Positions 24,231 through 39,200 of a stretch of DNA of 64,000 nt are shown one piece after another; the stretch's first letter is position 1; each line of letters begins with the position of its first letter. This stretch comes from Podarcis liolepis (Eukaryota). The translations under genes were made by a program, and so were the position numbers. The stretch lies in assembly GCA_965112155.1 (NCBI GenBank), contig OZ218099.1. One strand, written 5' to 3'. The notes beneath the pieces are model-generated. The model did not search any database. It was given only the letters and a program-made list of their open reading frames with translations, and was not told the origin of the DNA.

Positions 24231-27200
24231 CTTTCTAGCCCTTTGGTTATGTAAGTGTGGAACCAAATCTATTTCATAAAATATGAGGTAGTCTCTTCAT
24301 TATCAGTATGGTTGCCCAGCTACAGATGGAATTATATGCAATTAAAATAGTCTGGCACCTGTGCCCCAGTGCGTGTCAGTGCATACTGAAGACAAACCTG
24401 ACTGATTTTTGTCTGAAAACTTAAAAAAGCAAACCCAAACAGTTTTCCTGGCTGCTGTGGACAGCTTTGGTGCACTTAGAAGTGATATAAATTCTTCAAT
24501 GGATCACTTGCTAAGTCCCATATGTGACAGTCATGCAGGTGGTATTCATTCCCTCAGCATGTACCATGGTCAATATTTTTCCCAGTCATTAATTTTATCA
24601 AAGGTAAAGGTAAAAATAGAGTATGGAGTTCTCTCTTAAAGGTACTGGTAGTTCTTAACCCTTACCACCCACATAAGATAGTAGCTTCTCCCAGTTCTCA
24701 CCTGAGGTCTTTCCTTTCTCCTCCCAGCTTCTCACTCTGGGAGACCAACATTTCCCTGATCAATATTTTTCTAACTAACCTCAATGAGTCATAGTTTTGG
24801 CTTCAAATGTTTGAGTAGGGACTTGATAGTGGAATGTGAGAAGTATGGGTGCTGTCCAGCTGCATGTCTGGAGTTCTACTTGCACAATGGGACTTCCTCC
24901 GCCTCCACATCTTCAAAATCTACTCTGGAGCATCCTCTGGAGGAAATTCTGAGGGTGGGGGGATTGCAGGGGAGAGGAGGGGGAAGTTCTGGTGTGCAAG
25001 CAGAAGTCTACTGTGCTAGTGAAATGGCAGTACTGGAAATACTGTAATACTATATTTCTGTGAAGTTTTGACACATTATCTTTGTTCTGAAATAAAGATA
25101 CTTTAGATTTTAATGATATGCCTAATTTGATGATTATCTGAGGAGTTAATCACTCCTGTTTTGATTTCAAATGGGTTATGATAGTTAAATGGAAAAATTT
25201 ATTAGTGAGCAAGCTGCCGGGCTTACTTTGCACCAGGAATTGAACACCAGGAATACAAATGGGTGAAAGCATATGTAGTGTGTTTCTCACTGTGAACAGA
25301 GTGCTCCTGAGTAAAAGCAGTCATCCCCTTACTTGAACAAATTAAGATTGTGGGCAAAAATGCTGAGCCACAATCACATACATACATACATACATACATC
25401 AAGTAAAGTCCATTGAACATTCTGAGATGTGCACTGTTAGTGGCCGTTTATAGTGGCTATACAAGTTACTTGTACTGATTCTGATGTACTATAGGAGTTG
25501 TATTCTGTGTCCGATAAATGGCTACAAAAATTCTTGTGCCTCACAATATTGCTGTGTCTAATGGAGAAGCGCAGGTCCCTTAAGGTCTAATTCATCTTTC
25601 AGTAAATATATTTTTGATTAATTATACAAATCTAGTTGTTCAGAATTGGTGTATTTTTCATCTTTAGTAAAAGGACTGTGTGCTAGGTTTCAGAGGACTA
25701 CTGTTCTGGTACTAGTTCAACCTCTTTATAGGAGATTGTAGCAGTGATACATGCTTTACAGCTAGCCGTTGTAGCTCTTTGCTCCTTGTGGACTTTGATT
25801 CCTTTTAGAAGGGCAGTGTTGGAGTTAAAAGGCCTTAAGCAGCAGAGTTCTGAATTAGTACCTAAATAGTAGTTATTGCTGCTTCAAGGTCAGTGCATTG
25901 TCATTTATAGTCTTGGTTTATGGAGAAGAGGGTGTCTGTTTATGTGCTCCTTCACACCTTCTGTTGGAATTCCCTATTATCCCCTTTTACCATGGTTCAC
26001 TATTATGTGATTGTTAGTGATTCTGCTAATGGATGTTCCAAGGAAATAATGCTTAGGCGCTCCCTTAGTAACAGTTACACAAAATAAATGAGGGTAGAGA
26101 AGGGATGATGTGTGAGATGGGAGAGACAAGGAGCATGTGATCCTGTGGCCTGCTCCTGATCTCTAAACTATAGTTGTACGTTGCATATATACTGGCCTAC
26201 AAATGATTACTCACTCCCTAATATTCCAAGCTAATGTAAATTAGCAATAATCCTTTTCTTATTTACTTCTGGTCAGAGTGCTTTGAAATGGAGATTTCAC
26301 TGGATGCAGTTGAACTTGTAATCCTTATGCTATTGATTTAAACAGGATTGATTCATGACATTATCATTGAGCCTATTTTTGTCTGTGTAGTAGTCCCCAC
26401 CATTTGGGCAGGTGAAGAAGGTCTGAAGGGGATATTGATGTATATTTTCAGCAATGTCCTTATGAATGCTAAGTAATTCTGTCTGAGCCTTACTTTTATC
26501 AGACTACAATAAAGTAATTAAAAACAATTATCCTAGTGTTGTGCCAGTTTGAGAATTTTCATGCACATGAGTATATGTGTGCTGTAGAATGTGTAAGAGA
26601 TTCATGACAGAAATGAAAGAGAAACTTTTAGATAAAGTTGGAATACTGAGGGCAATGTTGACAGGAGGCTGAGGGATGAAAAATGTGCATTTGAAATGGC
26701 TTAAACAACATTTTATTAATTGATAGTTTTTTAATTTAATAAACTATAAATTGAAAAATGAGATGCCATAGGTTACTAGTGGGATACATTCACAAGATGT
26801 TGCAGGCTGATCGGTCTCAATAGCTTTGTAATGTTTTTGCTCTGTATTGCTAAGGTATACGAACTTTGTTTGGATGCTTCTTGAGCCTTCAGAAGTGCTG
26901 GATTCTTAGGATTCTGCTATCTCAACATACCATACCACCCTTTCCTACCCCGCCCCCCCATGCTGTCTATAAACATAGCCTGGGATTTCCTTTGAGTGGC
27001 AGTGCTTGCCATAGTTGTTTAAGTCTGTGTAACTCAAGGTTAGCCTATCGTTATTAGCAACAAGAGTACACACCAGATGAAAGGGTTCTACAAAATAATA
27101 TTGTAGACTGCAGGTTAGACCATGGGCAGTGCAGATAGCACATTCCATCTGTCCGCAGATCAAAAAAATGTCAATTACAAGCTGTCAAATGAAATGAAGT

Positions 27201-30200
27201 TAGGTCAATTTTTGTTAAACTTTTTTCTTGTGATTTAACTGTCATTCAATGAATATTCATGCCAGGTCTGCTTAGTATTTTGAATAGTACTTTGGATAGA
27301 TTGATAATAACCTTAAAACTAACCTGATTTTTTACATCGGGGGGTATCTTCTTTCTAGGTTATGGAAACTGGAACTCTGGCACAAATAGAGGCAAGTACC
27401 ATAAAATCTTAATTGACTGCCCATATGGATAACAGTTAAATCAAAAAGTAAATTCAGAACTAATGTTGAAATGTAACGGTTTTCACAGTTTTGATGTATT
27501 TCCTCCTATTAATATCTTCTGGCACTCGTGCTCCTTTTATCCATCAATATTGTTAAGTCAGAGTTTATGTTACACTTGCTGGCCCTGTCAGTGACATTAC
27601 TGCAGATTCTTACTTATGGCTGATATTTGATCATCTGTATGTTTAATTTGGGCATTAATTTATCTCCTTCCACCTCCCACATGCTAATAATCATATTCAT
27701 GTTAACTCAGAAATAGCCCAATTACTTCATTGAGATTTATCACAAGAAATGTGCATAGCATTATAGCTGAATTCTGCTTGCTTGCTAGCTCTTTTCCAAA
27801 TGTTCAAAGAATAACAAAGCATCATGAACTTTCATGGGAAGTTCAGCTGCAATACTATATAGAGTTTGGGGGGAGTACGCCCCACTAAATTAAATGAGAT
27901 TACTTCCGAATAACCATATTTAGGATCACACTGTTAAGCTATAATTGTATAAACAGCAGGAATTCAACCCCTTGGAACAGAACGGGACGATTTCCAGTAA
28001 ACATGTATAGGATGCAGTGTTAGTTTCAAATTATGAAGTGTGGGCATGGAGACAGTAACAATGGAGTATATAAATCATGGAAGGCATGCTGGGGATCCAG
28101 TTCTGCATTGTATTCTGCAGTCCAATTACTATTGTAAATGGCTTTGGGATGCCTGATGGGAAGCAATTCATAAATGAAATAAATTATAAGTAGTCAGTAC
28201 TATTAGCTTGAATAACTTTATTTTACTGGATGTGATGAATTTTCATTTCCACCCTTAATCAGTTTTAGTTCTAAATTTGTGTCCTTACAGTATTGTGTGA
28301 AGATGAAATATGGTGTCTTGCAATTAGGTTCTCTTCTTATTGACACTGTTGTGCCACTTGCTAGAATTTTTTAAGTGATTTGAGAATATTTTATTGGCTA
28401 GCCACAAATTCAGCAGATTTCTTATGTAAATGAATAATTGTAGATGCTGGGGTAGGAGCTGAGTGTCTCTCCTGAAAACTCCCCCTTCCCCCGTCCTAAA
28501 GAGAGGTGGATCATTATCCAAGGTAAGATGTGCTGTTCATGGAGGCTGCCACCTTGGGCCCCTCCAGCAATCAGGATACACCTGATGGTATTGTTAATGG
28601 TGCTATAGTTGGAGGTAATACCAATGCTGTAGCAGCTGAGCCCTTTTGCAGATGAGATAAAAATGAAGGTTGACTTTAGCAGGAAATTTGCTATGTACTT
28701 TTTCCATAGGTAAGAAGATTAATATTTGGTAGGAGTTACAGAAAATGTTTGTCCAGACATTTTAGACACAGCTATATCCTGAAGAGGAGCATTCTTGACG
28801 GTGATAATCTTGCATTAGATGCTTATGTATGGCAGGCAATCTATGCTTACCAAAAAATTCAGTGACTGCTTCTCATTTCAGGTTACGAGGACTATAATTA
28901 TGGATATGGATACAGTCAGGATAACTCTGGCAATTATGGGTACGGTATGGCCACTTCAAACTCTTGGGAAATGCCTAATTCAGATACAGACATGAACTAT
29001 AACGCATCCACTGGCACCAGTGCTGATGTAATAACAAAATTTAACAAGCGCTTAGATATGGTGTCTCATCTAGAAACTGACACGATGCAAGGAGGACATT
29101 ATGGCTCAGGTGGAGACAGGTGAGTGTAGAGACAAAGGTGAAAAGGTTCAGTAATAGTTATAGATCAGGGCAGTTTCTGAAAGACATGTTGATCTAATGT
29201 GCTGTTGCCTAAGAGCTGTTCCCTTTGTTCTCCGACTGATAGTATTGCTCTTTGCTTCATATCTTTGCTGTTGCTTACAGAGCTGGGGGGTGGGGAGGAG
29301 ACAGAATTAGCCAAGTTGTACTTCCTCTGCCTTAGCTTTGAAAATAAGGTGCTTGTACAGTGGTACCTCGGGTTACAGACGTTTCAGGTTACAGACTCCA
29401 CTAACCCAGAAATAGTACCTCAGGTTAAGAACTTTGCTTCAGGATGAGAATGTAAATTGCACCGTGACGGCAGCAGGAGGCCCCATTAGCTAAAGTGGTA
29501 CCTCAGGTTAAGAACAGTTTCAGGTTAAGAACGGACCTCCAGAACAGATTAAGTTCTTAACCTGAGGTACCACTGTACACATCTTTTAGTGAGAAAAGTT
29601 TGTTAATACTGTAACAGTTGATAAATTAATTGTAATGAAATATTCTGAATGAATAGCAGGTTTTAGAAACCTCATATAGTTTTGGATAGGTCACTATTTT
29701 CACAGAGTGTATGTCAGGTACCATCAACATTAATGGGATATGTGTTTAGTTGGTTACCATAACTTAAGATTTTGCTTCAGCCAACTGAAGCAGAAAATAA
29801 GTAAATAGAGTATTCTGTAGAATCTTTCCTCAGTATATTTCTCATCCCTAGAAGTCATTAATAAATTGCTTAAGTTATTGTTCATACATAAGGAAGTTTA
29901 CTTTGGATTGTTGAAGTGACTAGTGCTTATTGCTGTTAAGTTGGATATATGGTATAAAAAGATGTCAGAAGTATTTGCTTCACATTTATACCGGAGATTT
30001 TAACAGTTTTAGAGACATTGATTCCCAGACAGTTGGTGCACTTTACTAGAATGGCTATATTTAGGGTTTTATTGGTTGACAGTCCTGTTTCATGGATGCA
30101 TTTCTAGAGGTCAGGTGAATGAACTATGCCTAAATAAATTGTATGTGTCATTCCCTCTGGGAAAGGTGTCAAGGGGCCACTGTATTATAACCTGTTTTGT

Positions 30201-33200
30201 GTACATTCATGCAGCTTAGTGGAATCAAAGCATAGTAGTTTAACTGTAATGGGTAAATTATGCATAGCATTCTGTATTGCTTTTCTCTGTGTTGTCACTG
30301 TTTGTTTACCAGGTTCTAAAAGTAGCTTACAGTATCATAGAGCATGTTAATATTTTTTATTTTAAAATACCTTCACTTCTCCTTAATATTTATCTTACTG
30401 ATATTGTGTCAGTTTTTAATTTATGACATTTTCATAAAAATAGAAGATGCAGGAGATTTACAGAAATCCTTAAGGGATTACATAGTATCAAATGTGGTTT
30501 TGGTAGTGTATGCTCTCTATTTGCACTCATTAAAACAGCATCTCTTGCCTAAGAAAGGTAATTGTTGTAGATAGTTTTGCCAAATAGTATTTCTGTGTTT
30601 AAACTACAGATTTCATGTGCTGGAAGAGTATAAAAGTTTAATCTCCCCTTTGCAGATACTGACTCAGGTTGTCAGGCTTTGCTGAAGTTGCAACCCTGTG
30701 CACATTTGGAAGCCAGTGTGATGCATCTCCTTATTTTCAGTTCTATCATACTAGGTGAATATTAACCCAGCACTGTTAATTCTCACTTGAGAGCCTAGGT
30801 GAGCATTAGAGACTAAATAGCAGGAAACTGAAATAGATTTATATTTTGGAAATCAATTTCATAGAAGGCTCAGTTACAACAGTGAGTAGTGCTACGTTAT
30901 AAATTGGCACAAGAGCTTTGGGTTGATAGATGGAATATTTGAGCTTACCCTGATAGCTTTTAGAATGACACTTTTCCTTCAGAGTTAGTTTTTAAAGTCT
31001 CCTCCTCAGCCATTGTTTCCTTTCCATGTCCTTGCTTTCAGATCCTTGATACAAAGCTTGACCGTTGATTTTTGCACTTGTGCCTAGTACTGGTTTATTA
31101 AGTGCAACATGACTTTGTTTTGGTCTGCCATAGCAATTGAAACAACATGCTTTCAGAAATAATGTGGATTTTGGCATTCAACTGCATCTTTGTCTCAGAG
31201 CCTCTATACTGTTTTACATGCAGAGTATGTAGCTTAAATTTAAAATTCTTCTGCAGCTTATGGAACTTTCTTGTGAAATTGTGCTGGTTCAAAGCTCTCC
31301 TTTATAGAAACAAGTCAACTTGTTTGTCTCAGCCACTCATTATTGTGAGCATAGAAAATGGAATTGTAAGGTGTACTCACATATTTTGCCTGCACTGAGC
31401 TTTCCTGCAGGCAAAATGTCATGTATAAGCATCTCTTAGTATATAGATGATTTCTGCTTTCTTTTCTTCTTACTAAAACCACTTTATTTTCCAAACTGCT
31501 AATAATTTGTGGGAACCGACCTTGCATCCAGTGACTTCACTTGTTTTGCATAGCTGAACACCTGAAGTGATTGGAGTGCGAAACCAGTAAAAGGGAAAAA
31601 TTAAGAATTTGTATGACTCCTCCAAATTGAAGATATGTTTGTCAATCTGATCAGAGTGCTATGCTCTTTCTATGATTGACTGAGGCTAAACAGAACAAGA
31701 ATTATACGTAGCCTTATGCTGATTGCCCCCTCTATGTCCTTCCCCACTGCTATAATGCCCAAGGGAATAATTCTCATACTGAGTTAAAACCTCAGTTGAG
31801 CTTTGTTATTACCTTGACTCTAAAACACTTATGAGAGGTTGTTTCCTTTAATGTGACCTGTTTTACTGCCATTTTTGGCAGACACTTTAACTTGGTGCTC
31901 TATATGCTACTGATTAGATTCCTTGCTTGCTGTGCAATTCTTGCAGGTATGATACATATGAGTCCTACGACTCAAGGCCTTCACTAAACGACCGTGATCT
32001 GTACAGATCCGGCTATGATTACAGTGAAGCTGAACATGACACCGACAATGCCTATGAAGGCCACTATGACAACTCCTATGGGAACCGCAGGGACCAGTAC
32101 CACAACAGAGCACGTGACAACTTTGGCCACCGGGGTCAGAACTGGGCCAGAGACAGGCGAAATAACAGACCCATGGCTTCTGCATATTCTGGGCGCATGG
32201 GCGGACAGTGGAATGAACCGCCAGTGCCAATGGGAGGACGGGGCCATGGCCCCAATAGGCCCCCATCCCTTTTCTCCCACAAACTATTCCCTGAATACAA
32301 CATGTTCCAGGGAATGCGAAGTTTCTCTGGCAACATGCGCTTTGGAGGAGGCGGCATGAAACAACGAATGAGGAGAAACTGGAAAATGTGGGATGCAGAT
32401 TTTAAAGTAAGTACCTATGTGATCTTCTCCCACCTGTTTTCTGCCCCATTTTTAGGGACATTGCCCAGCAAGAGAACTGCCTAGAACTGAGTGCAAAGGA
32501 GTCTGTTTTGTAATTTAAACTGTTTTATTATAGGGAACATTTTTCTTCTCTGTCTCTTACATCTGCTTGGCACATCTTTATTTTAAGCTGTTCTTTAGGA
32601 ATCTCATTGTCTTCAGTATGCTGCCTTAGCACTGAAAAGATTAATCACTGGATTTTAGTCATATCTAGGAAGTGTGACCTGGGATTCATTCATTCGTTTC
32701 GTATAAAATAGGTCAGGTCTTAGGTGTGCATGTCTGTACCTGTTGAAATGAGTTTTCTTGAGTGTAGAACTTAAAATGTGAATGAATGAACATTTCTTGG
32801 TTGGTGATAAGAGAACTTTTAGACTGTGCATGTGAGTAAAAACAGTCTTTTCTTTCAATTCATAGAAAAAAAGAATAAAGAATGAGCCTTCTGCTAATAA
32901 ACGAAAACAGGCTAACAGTTCTGATGAGCCTGACAGTAAGGCAGCAAAAACTGATGGCTCTGACAACTCTGACTCTGATAATGGTAAGAGCAAGTCACTG
33001 AAGCCTCCTGTTTGTCTTCTTTTCATTGCACCTTAGATTGCCAATATTGAAACAGTAAAAAAACAACTTTATTTTAACTGTAAGAAACCAATGATTACAG
33101 GAATATAATATAAAAGTAAGCTTCACATCATACTTTGGTTGTTCAGGAAAAGGGTGCATCAAGACAACCAGATTTCCCTCATCAGTGCAGGCAGACAACT

Positions 33201-36200
33201 TTGTGCACCAGTACTAAGAGTATAAGAAATAAAGCCCTTCCACATAGCATATAATTTTCAGGGTCTTCTGAGCCATTAGAGACCTTTAAATAGTGGGTAA
33301 TCTCTGCTGTTTGTCCTCATACATTTGTATCAAATGGTGTTTTTTCACTATTGTGTTATTAAGATTCTGATTGCAGGTCTTTTGAGCATGAATTACAGAA
33401 GCAGCCATCCTAGAGATTTAACTGAGAAACTTGGTGGGGCCATTACAATAACACTTTCACATATATTGGACTCTCCCTATAAATGTTAGTCCAAAATTTA
33501 GAAACCAGTGGGCATTCCCACCAGAGATGAATAAAGGTACCTCTGCCCCCCCCACAAGCGATCTGGAAAGAGTCCAGATATTCTAGAAATCTGTATCAGT
33601 GTCCGATGCCATGTATGCTATTTTTTATTGATGTTCATTAAAACAAAACTTTTTGTGAAATATTTCAGGCTTGCAACCCTATACCCACTTACCTGGGAGC
33701 AAATATAATTGAACTCAGTAGAACTTGCTTCTGAGAAGTCATATATAGGTTTGCACTGTTACAGTCATTTTATAGTCTGTATAGTTACTTGATATGTTGT
33801 TCTTTTCAGAAGAGGGCCCTGAAGGAGAAGCTACTGAGAAGGGTTCTAAAAATGTGAGTCTGAATTTAGTTTTGTTTCAAAGTTTTATAATCCCAGTGTC
33901 TTATTCCTATATGATAGGAACAAGAGTTACAAATGATGTCCTGCCATGCTTGCCTTTCTGTTTAGGGAGAGACCATGTACAGTTCCTTTTTTCTGTTGTT
34001 CAGAGACCAGAGGCTAGTGTGACTAGGTGATGAATGAATGTTTAAAGAACAAAGCTGACTCAAGGCACTGGTGCCCGAGGTGAACACAAGCTCATTCCCC
34101 AGCCTCACTACAATAAGTAGTATAATAATTTAAATTGTTGATAATTGGCTCTCCTTTAATGATTCTCATGATATATAGATTGGGGTAACTCATTCACTTT
34201 GCTTTGTGTCAGGTCTGACACTGAGAAGACATACTTGGTGTTTTTTCAGTTATTTGTTGAAGATTTAATGTATAGATCTGTACATCTGCTTCCAAATAAT
34301 TACTAACATAATCTATTATGTTGTGCTCAGATATAGGATGGACAGAAAGTGTTAGTGTACAAATAGAGAGTGAACCGTATATGGATTGCATTTCTGGCTA
34401 TTCATTGTAGGTGATTGGGATTGTGGCAGCTGACTCTGCTCTCATCTGATGTTAGTGCATGTTAAAGTTGGGTTTTATGTGCATATAGCTCAATATATGT
34501 AGGTCTGATTTTTGTAAATTGTGTTCCCCAAATGTGAGAGATCAGATCTGGCCTACATGCATAAGGCCCCCTACTGTAATATGGCATTCCTTGCACTGGT
34601 GTCAGGCAGATGTAGTGATAGGATGGATGCAGCAAAAGGGGGTAAGGCCAGCTGACAATTCCCCACATTTTAGCTATGTTTGTGTATGGCTAAGAACTTA
34701 AGAAGGCATAGAACAGGAGTGGCCCTCCAGATATTGGTGGACTACAATTTACATCATCTCTGACCGTTAGCCATGTGCCCTGGGGCTGATGGGATTTAAA
34801 GTGCAATAATGTTAGAAGAGCCAAAGGTTCCTTACCTCTGGCTTAGAGTTTGAGCATAGAGTTATAGTTTGATCAGTGCAGAACTGAGCAGAGTCCTATT
34901 TGTAGTTAGTGTCAATTTTCAAATTTTAATTGCAGATCTTATGATTTTGAGAGGTTTCTTAAAACATGAAATTCTTAAACAAATTCTGATGCAGCTACGG
35001 GTTTTTTCATTGCTCATTGTTGCAGAGAATTTAAAGGATACTCACAATCACAGCCTACTATATTGGTGTTTCTAGCAAATGGTAATTTTGTACTGTGGTT
35101 ATGAACAGTGGCTGTTTATTGTCTAAGCCCCAAAGCATCTTTGGTAGCTAGCAGCACTCCTGATTACTTGATGTAAAGGTAATTTCTACATGTGTTGTTA
35201 CCTTGCCTGTAAGCAAGTGCAGCTCTATGCTTCAGTGTCTTTAATTACATTTTAGGAGGGAGAGGGAGAAGGAGGTGAAGATGAGGAAAGAAAAGGAGAC
35301 TCTGAGAAAGGTAAGTTCCAATGTACATGCATTAGGGTACTTCTGGTGATTATGTTATTTTTTGTGACAAGATGTGTGGAATATTGTGCAATTTATTTCT
35401 GGGAACTTGGTGTATAGAATAATCAATTCACTGTTTGTATCCTTTGAATAATTTGGTGTACTTATTAATTTCTTTTTTCTTTTTCGTTTTTATTTTCCTT
35501 TTATATTTATATTTTTCTTGTTTTGTATTTTTTCGTTTTAGTTTTGAATATTTGGATGTAATGTTTAATATATGCTTTCTTTGTAATTTTTAAAAATGCA
35601 ATAAAGATTTTTAAAAAAAGATGTGTGGAATATTGCAGGAGATATGCATTATTGTATTAGAGCCATTTTATAAACCATTGATAAATTCCAAGTTTCAGTT
35701 TTTACATGTTGGTTCAGAACTAACCTAGCAAGTATTCCCTAATAATACATGTATCTTGAGTACTACACATTTAGTTAAATTTACAATGATTAAAATATTC
35801 AGGTAGAAGAGTTTTACAATGTGATAATGTTAATTCTAGCAATTCCCTAGACTATTTGTGGAGGTAGGCTATAACTGTTTTGAGCTAGTTTCCAGTACCA
35901 ATATGGCTATGCCTTCAGCATGCACAGCAGATCACTTCCAGACAGTGAAATTATTCAAAAATAATTGCTCCCAGAAGCAATAAAAATCTGCCAGTTGGCT
36001 ATGCTGAATATTGTTGCACATCATCCTAATCTCCGAGTGGTGCAAGATTATAGAAGTCCAGGCACTTACCCAGTGTTTGTGTTTCCCTTGGAAACGAGGC
36101 ACAGCAAAGACTGTGGTTTCTTGGATATATGGTTTATTTACATATGTATACAACCTGAGCCTGGGGTAAGCGCTTATAGCATTACAAGATGTACTCGCTT

Positions 36201-39200
36201 CATCCCACAGTCTTGGATGCCAGCAGAAATCAGCCATGGCCCTCTGTCACCCTGCTCCAGTTTGCTGCCTTTAACAGACTGCCACCTTTTCCCTCACATC
36301 TTTCCCAGCTGCAATCCTATACCACTACTCTCCTTCCAACCCTGGCCTTTGTCCTGCAAGCTAGCTATGACTTGAAGGAGAGTCTTAGTCCTCCAGCACA
36401 GAGTACAGTCATACCTTGAGTTACAGCCGCTTCAGGTTGCGTTTTTTTGGGTTGCGGACCGCCGAAACCCGGAAGTAACGGAACGGGTTACTTCCGGTTT
36501 CAGCAGTCAAGCATGCGCACCGAATTGCAACCCATGCGTGCACAGACGCAGGTTGCGAACGTGCATCCCGCACGGATCATGTTCTCAACCCGAGCGTCCA
36601 CTGTATTTGCTTTGTTAATCGTCCATTACCTTCCTTTTGTTTTCCTTGATGGCTCTTCTCTGAGGTTTTTTCCTGAACTTGAAACTGGTTTGGCCTGTAC
36701 TACAACCTTTTGCTAAATCCAGTGTTTGGCACCCATGTGCTAGAACCGGGGCCCAGAAACCCCACAAACTCATAATATAGAAGGAGGGGTTGCTGGTTTG
36801 TTTCTGTTCTTATTTTTTATTATATTTTTGTGCTGTTGATGCTGTAATTCTATTTTGTGGACAGCACTGAGATCTATGAGTATAGAGCAGTATACAAATG
36901 TAATAAAAAATAATAATATAAGCAGCAACACTTATACCTGGAATAACCTGAAGAGAATTCTTCTGTGTGGGATCAAGCTCAGAGTTCGTCTAAACTGTAA
37001 CTCACACTTTATCCATTATCCAATGACCAGGCAGATTCCTATTTAATATGTAGTACTTTCCAATTAACCTGTGAGGCAAACTAAATGTTTTTCTTCTCAT
37101 ATAAACCATCACTGAACAATTGGTTTTGTGTATCCCACAGTTGTGTCTCCCAACAATTATATTTGTCTTAAAACTTTAAGTAGCAATTGTGCTTCCAAGT
37201 CTGATTAAACTCCAGGAAACTAGCACTTTGTGAATTATTTTATGTATTCATTTAGAAAATTTACAGACTTTTTAAAAAAAAAACAAAAACGATTCAAGCG
37301 GTGTACAGATAAGTTATAGTATGGCCTCTTCATTGAAGGTAGATTAGGAACCTGGAGCCCAATCTTACCCAGGAGTTCAGTAAGGTCCATGAGTAGATAT
37401 TCTTTAAAAATAAACTGATCTTATTCATGTAGGAGCTATGACCATTCAAGAAGAGATCAGTCAAATCAAGCGCAAATTGCAAGCTGGTAAGAAAACTCAA
37501 GAGAGGCAAAAAAAGAGGTATCGTGATCGGATGGTGGAAAGGTAAGTCCAACAAGTTGTTGGACGTTGATGTTTCATGTTGTACTTTCAAAAGTTTTTCA
37601 AAGGTATTATAACATTTAAAAACAAGCAATTCTCTGTTTAAATAATAATAATAAGCCAATGCCCTTCCAGTGCTCTACATCACAGCTGTACTGAAGTTCT
37701 GTGCAGTCTTGGGGATTGCTGGTAGGGTTAGAACAAGAAGTTGGAGGGCTGATGGTCTCACGTATTCACCAACAACAGTTTCAGGATACATGGTCTATAA
37801 AGAGTTCAATTGGGAATAGGACAGCAGTGTTGCTTATTCAAGCACACCTAGTGTATTGTAGTTCTTTGCTATAGAAACTATATCAGCTTGACTACATAAA
37901 GGAAACTGGAAGTTTTCAAATTACTGCTGTGCAGATAAAAATATTTTTCTTTATTTGATATGTCTTAACAGGATTCAGTTTGTATGTTCGTTGTGCAAGT
38001 ATCGCACTTTCTATGAGGATGAGATGACCAACCATTTGGAGAGCAAATTCCACAAGGAACACTTTGCATTTGTTGGAACTAAGCTGCCCCAGCAAACAGC
38101 TGACTTCCTCCAGGTCGGCTTTTTTTCCCTTTGAGCATTCCATTTTCCTTTAGATATTAACATGCAAAGCTAGATGTGGCACTTTGCTTCATTTTCCCCA
38201 ATCCCTCCTTGTCATTTGGTTTTTAATTATTTCATGTTGGGCAAAAAATGTACTTTTGGATGACTGTCAGAGTAGAAAACATCAGCATCTCTCAGTTCAT
38301 CTGTGCTGCTCTTGCATTTTTCAGTACACAACACATCCACACCATTACCTTAGTTCTTGCTTTTGAGAGAGATGGGGGAAAGGAAAGGAAGGCATAGCTT
38401 TGATTGTACTGTATAGTAATCCTAGCATGTTGTGCATTGGGCCAGGCCAGTATGGTATTATGCACTATTGAGTATTCATAAGCTTTTCTGCAATGCAGGA
38501 GTATGTTGCTAATAAAACAAAGAAGACAGAAGAACGCCGTAAAGCAATTGAAGATATTAATGCAGTTATACAACAGATCTACAAAGACCAAGATCTTACC
38601 CAGGGTAGGTGTCTTAAAATTCAGCTAAAAAGCAATACATACTGTTGTTTTCTTGGGTAAAAATATTCAGTTTTCATTCAGAAAAATAGGATAGAGAATA
38701 GGAAGCAATTCCGTAATGTTCTGTGTGAGAGAAAGATATCCCTAAATTAACTTTGCTATTAGCTGAGATGGATATTGAATACCCCACCCTCCCCGCATTT
38801 TGTTCCTTTGGTACAGTCAAGGGGGGTGTTTATGTGTGCAAAACAGTCATTGTGTGTACGGTAGGATAGGTACTTTTTTAGAGAGAGAGAATTTCCCCCA
38901 CTGCCCCTGAGGAATGGAAGTCTGTTATTTCACCCTCCTATATATTTTCCTGCTATCAAAGGTTTCCTATAGGAATCTTATGGCCCTCCAGACGTTGCTG
39001 ACAGCGTTCGCAACTCCCATTGTTCAGGCGCATTTTGCAACCGAATTTCATTAATGCAAGCAGTTTTTGAGCTCTGGGTACAGTACTTGCACCTAAGATT
39101 TCAGATTAAAACTGCCACTGCTGGAAGGAAAGGAGGACCTTTTTCTGCCTCCCCACTTCCAACCACTCTCTGAAGACTGGAGAAGGGACCCTCATAAGAA

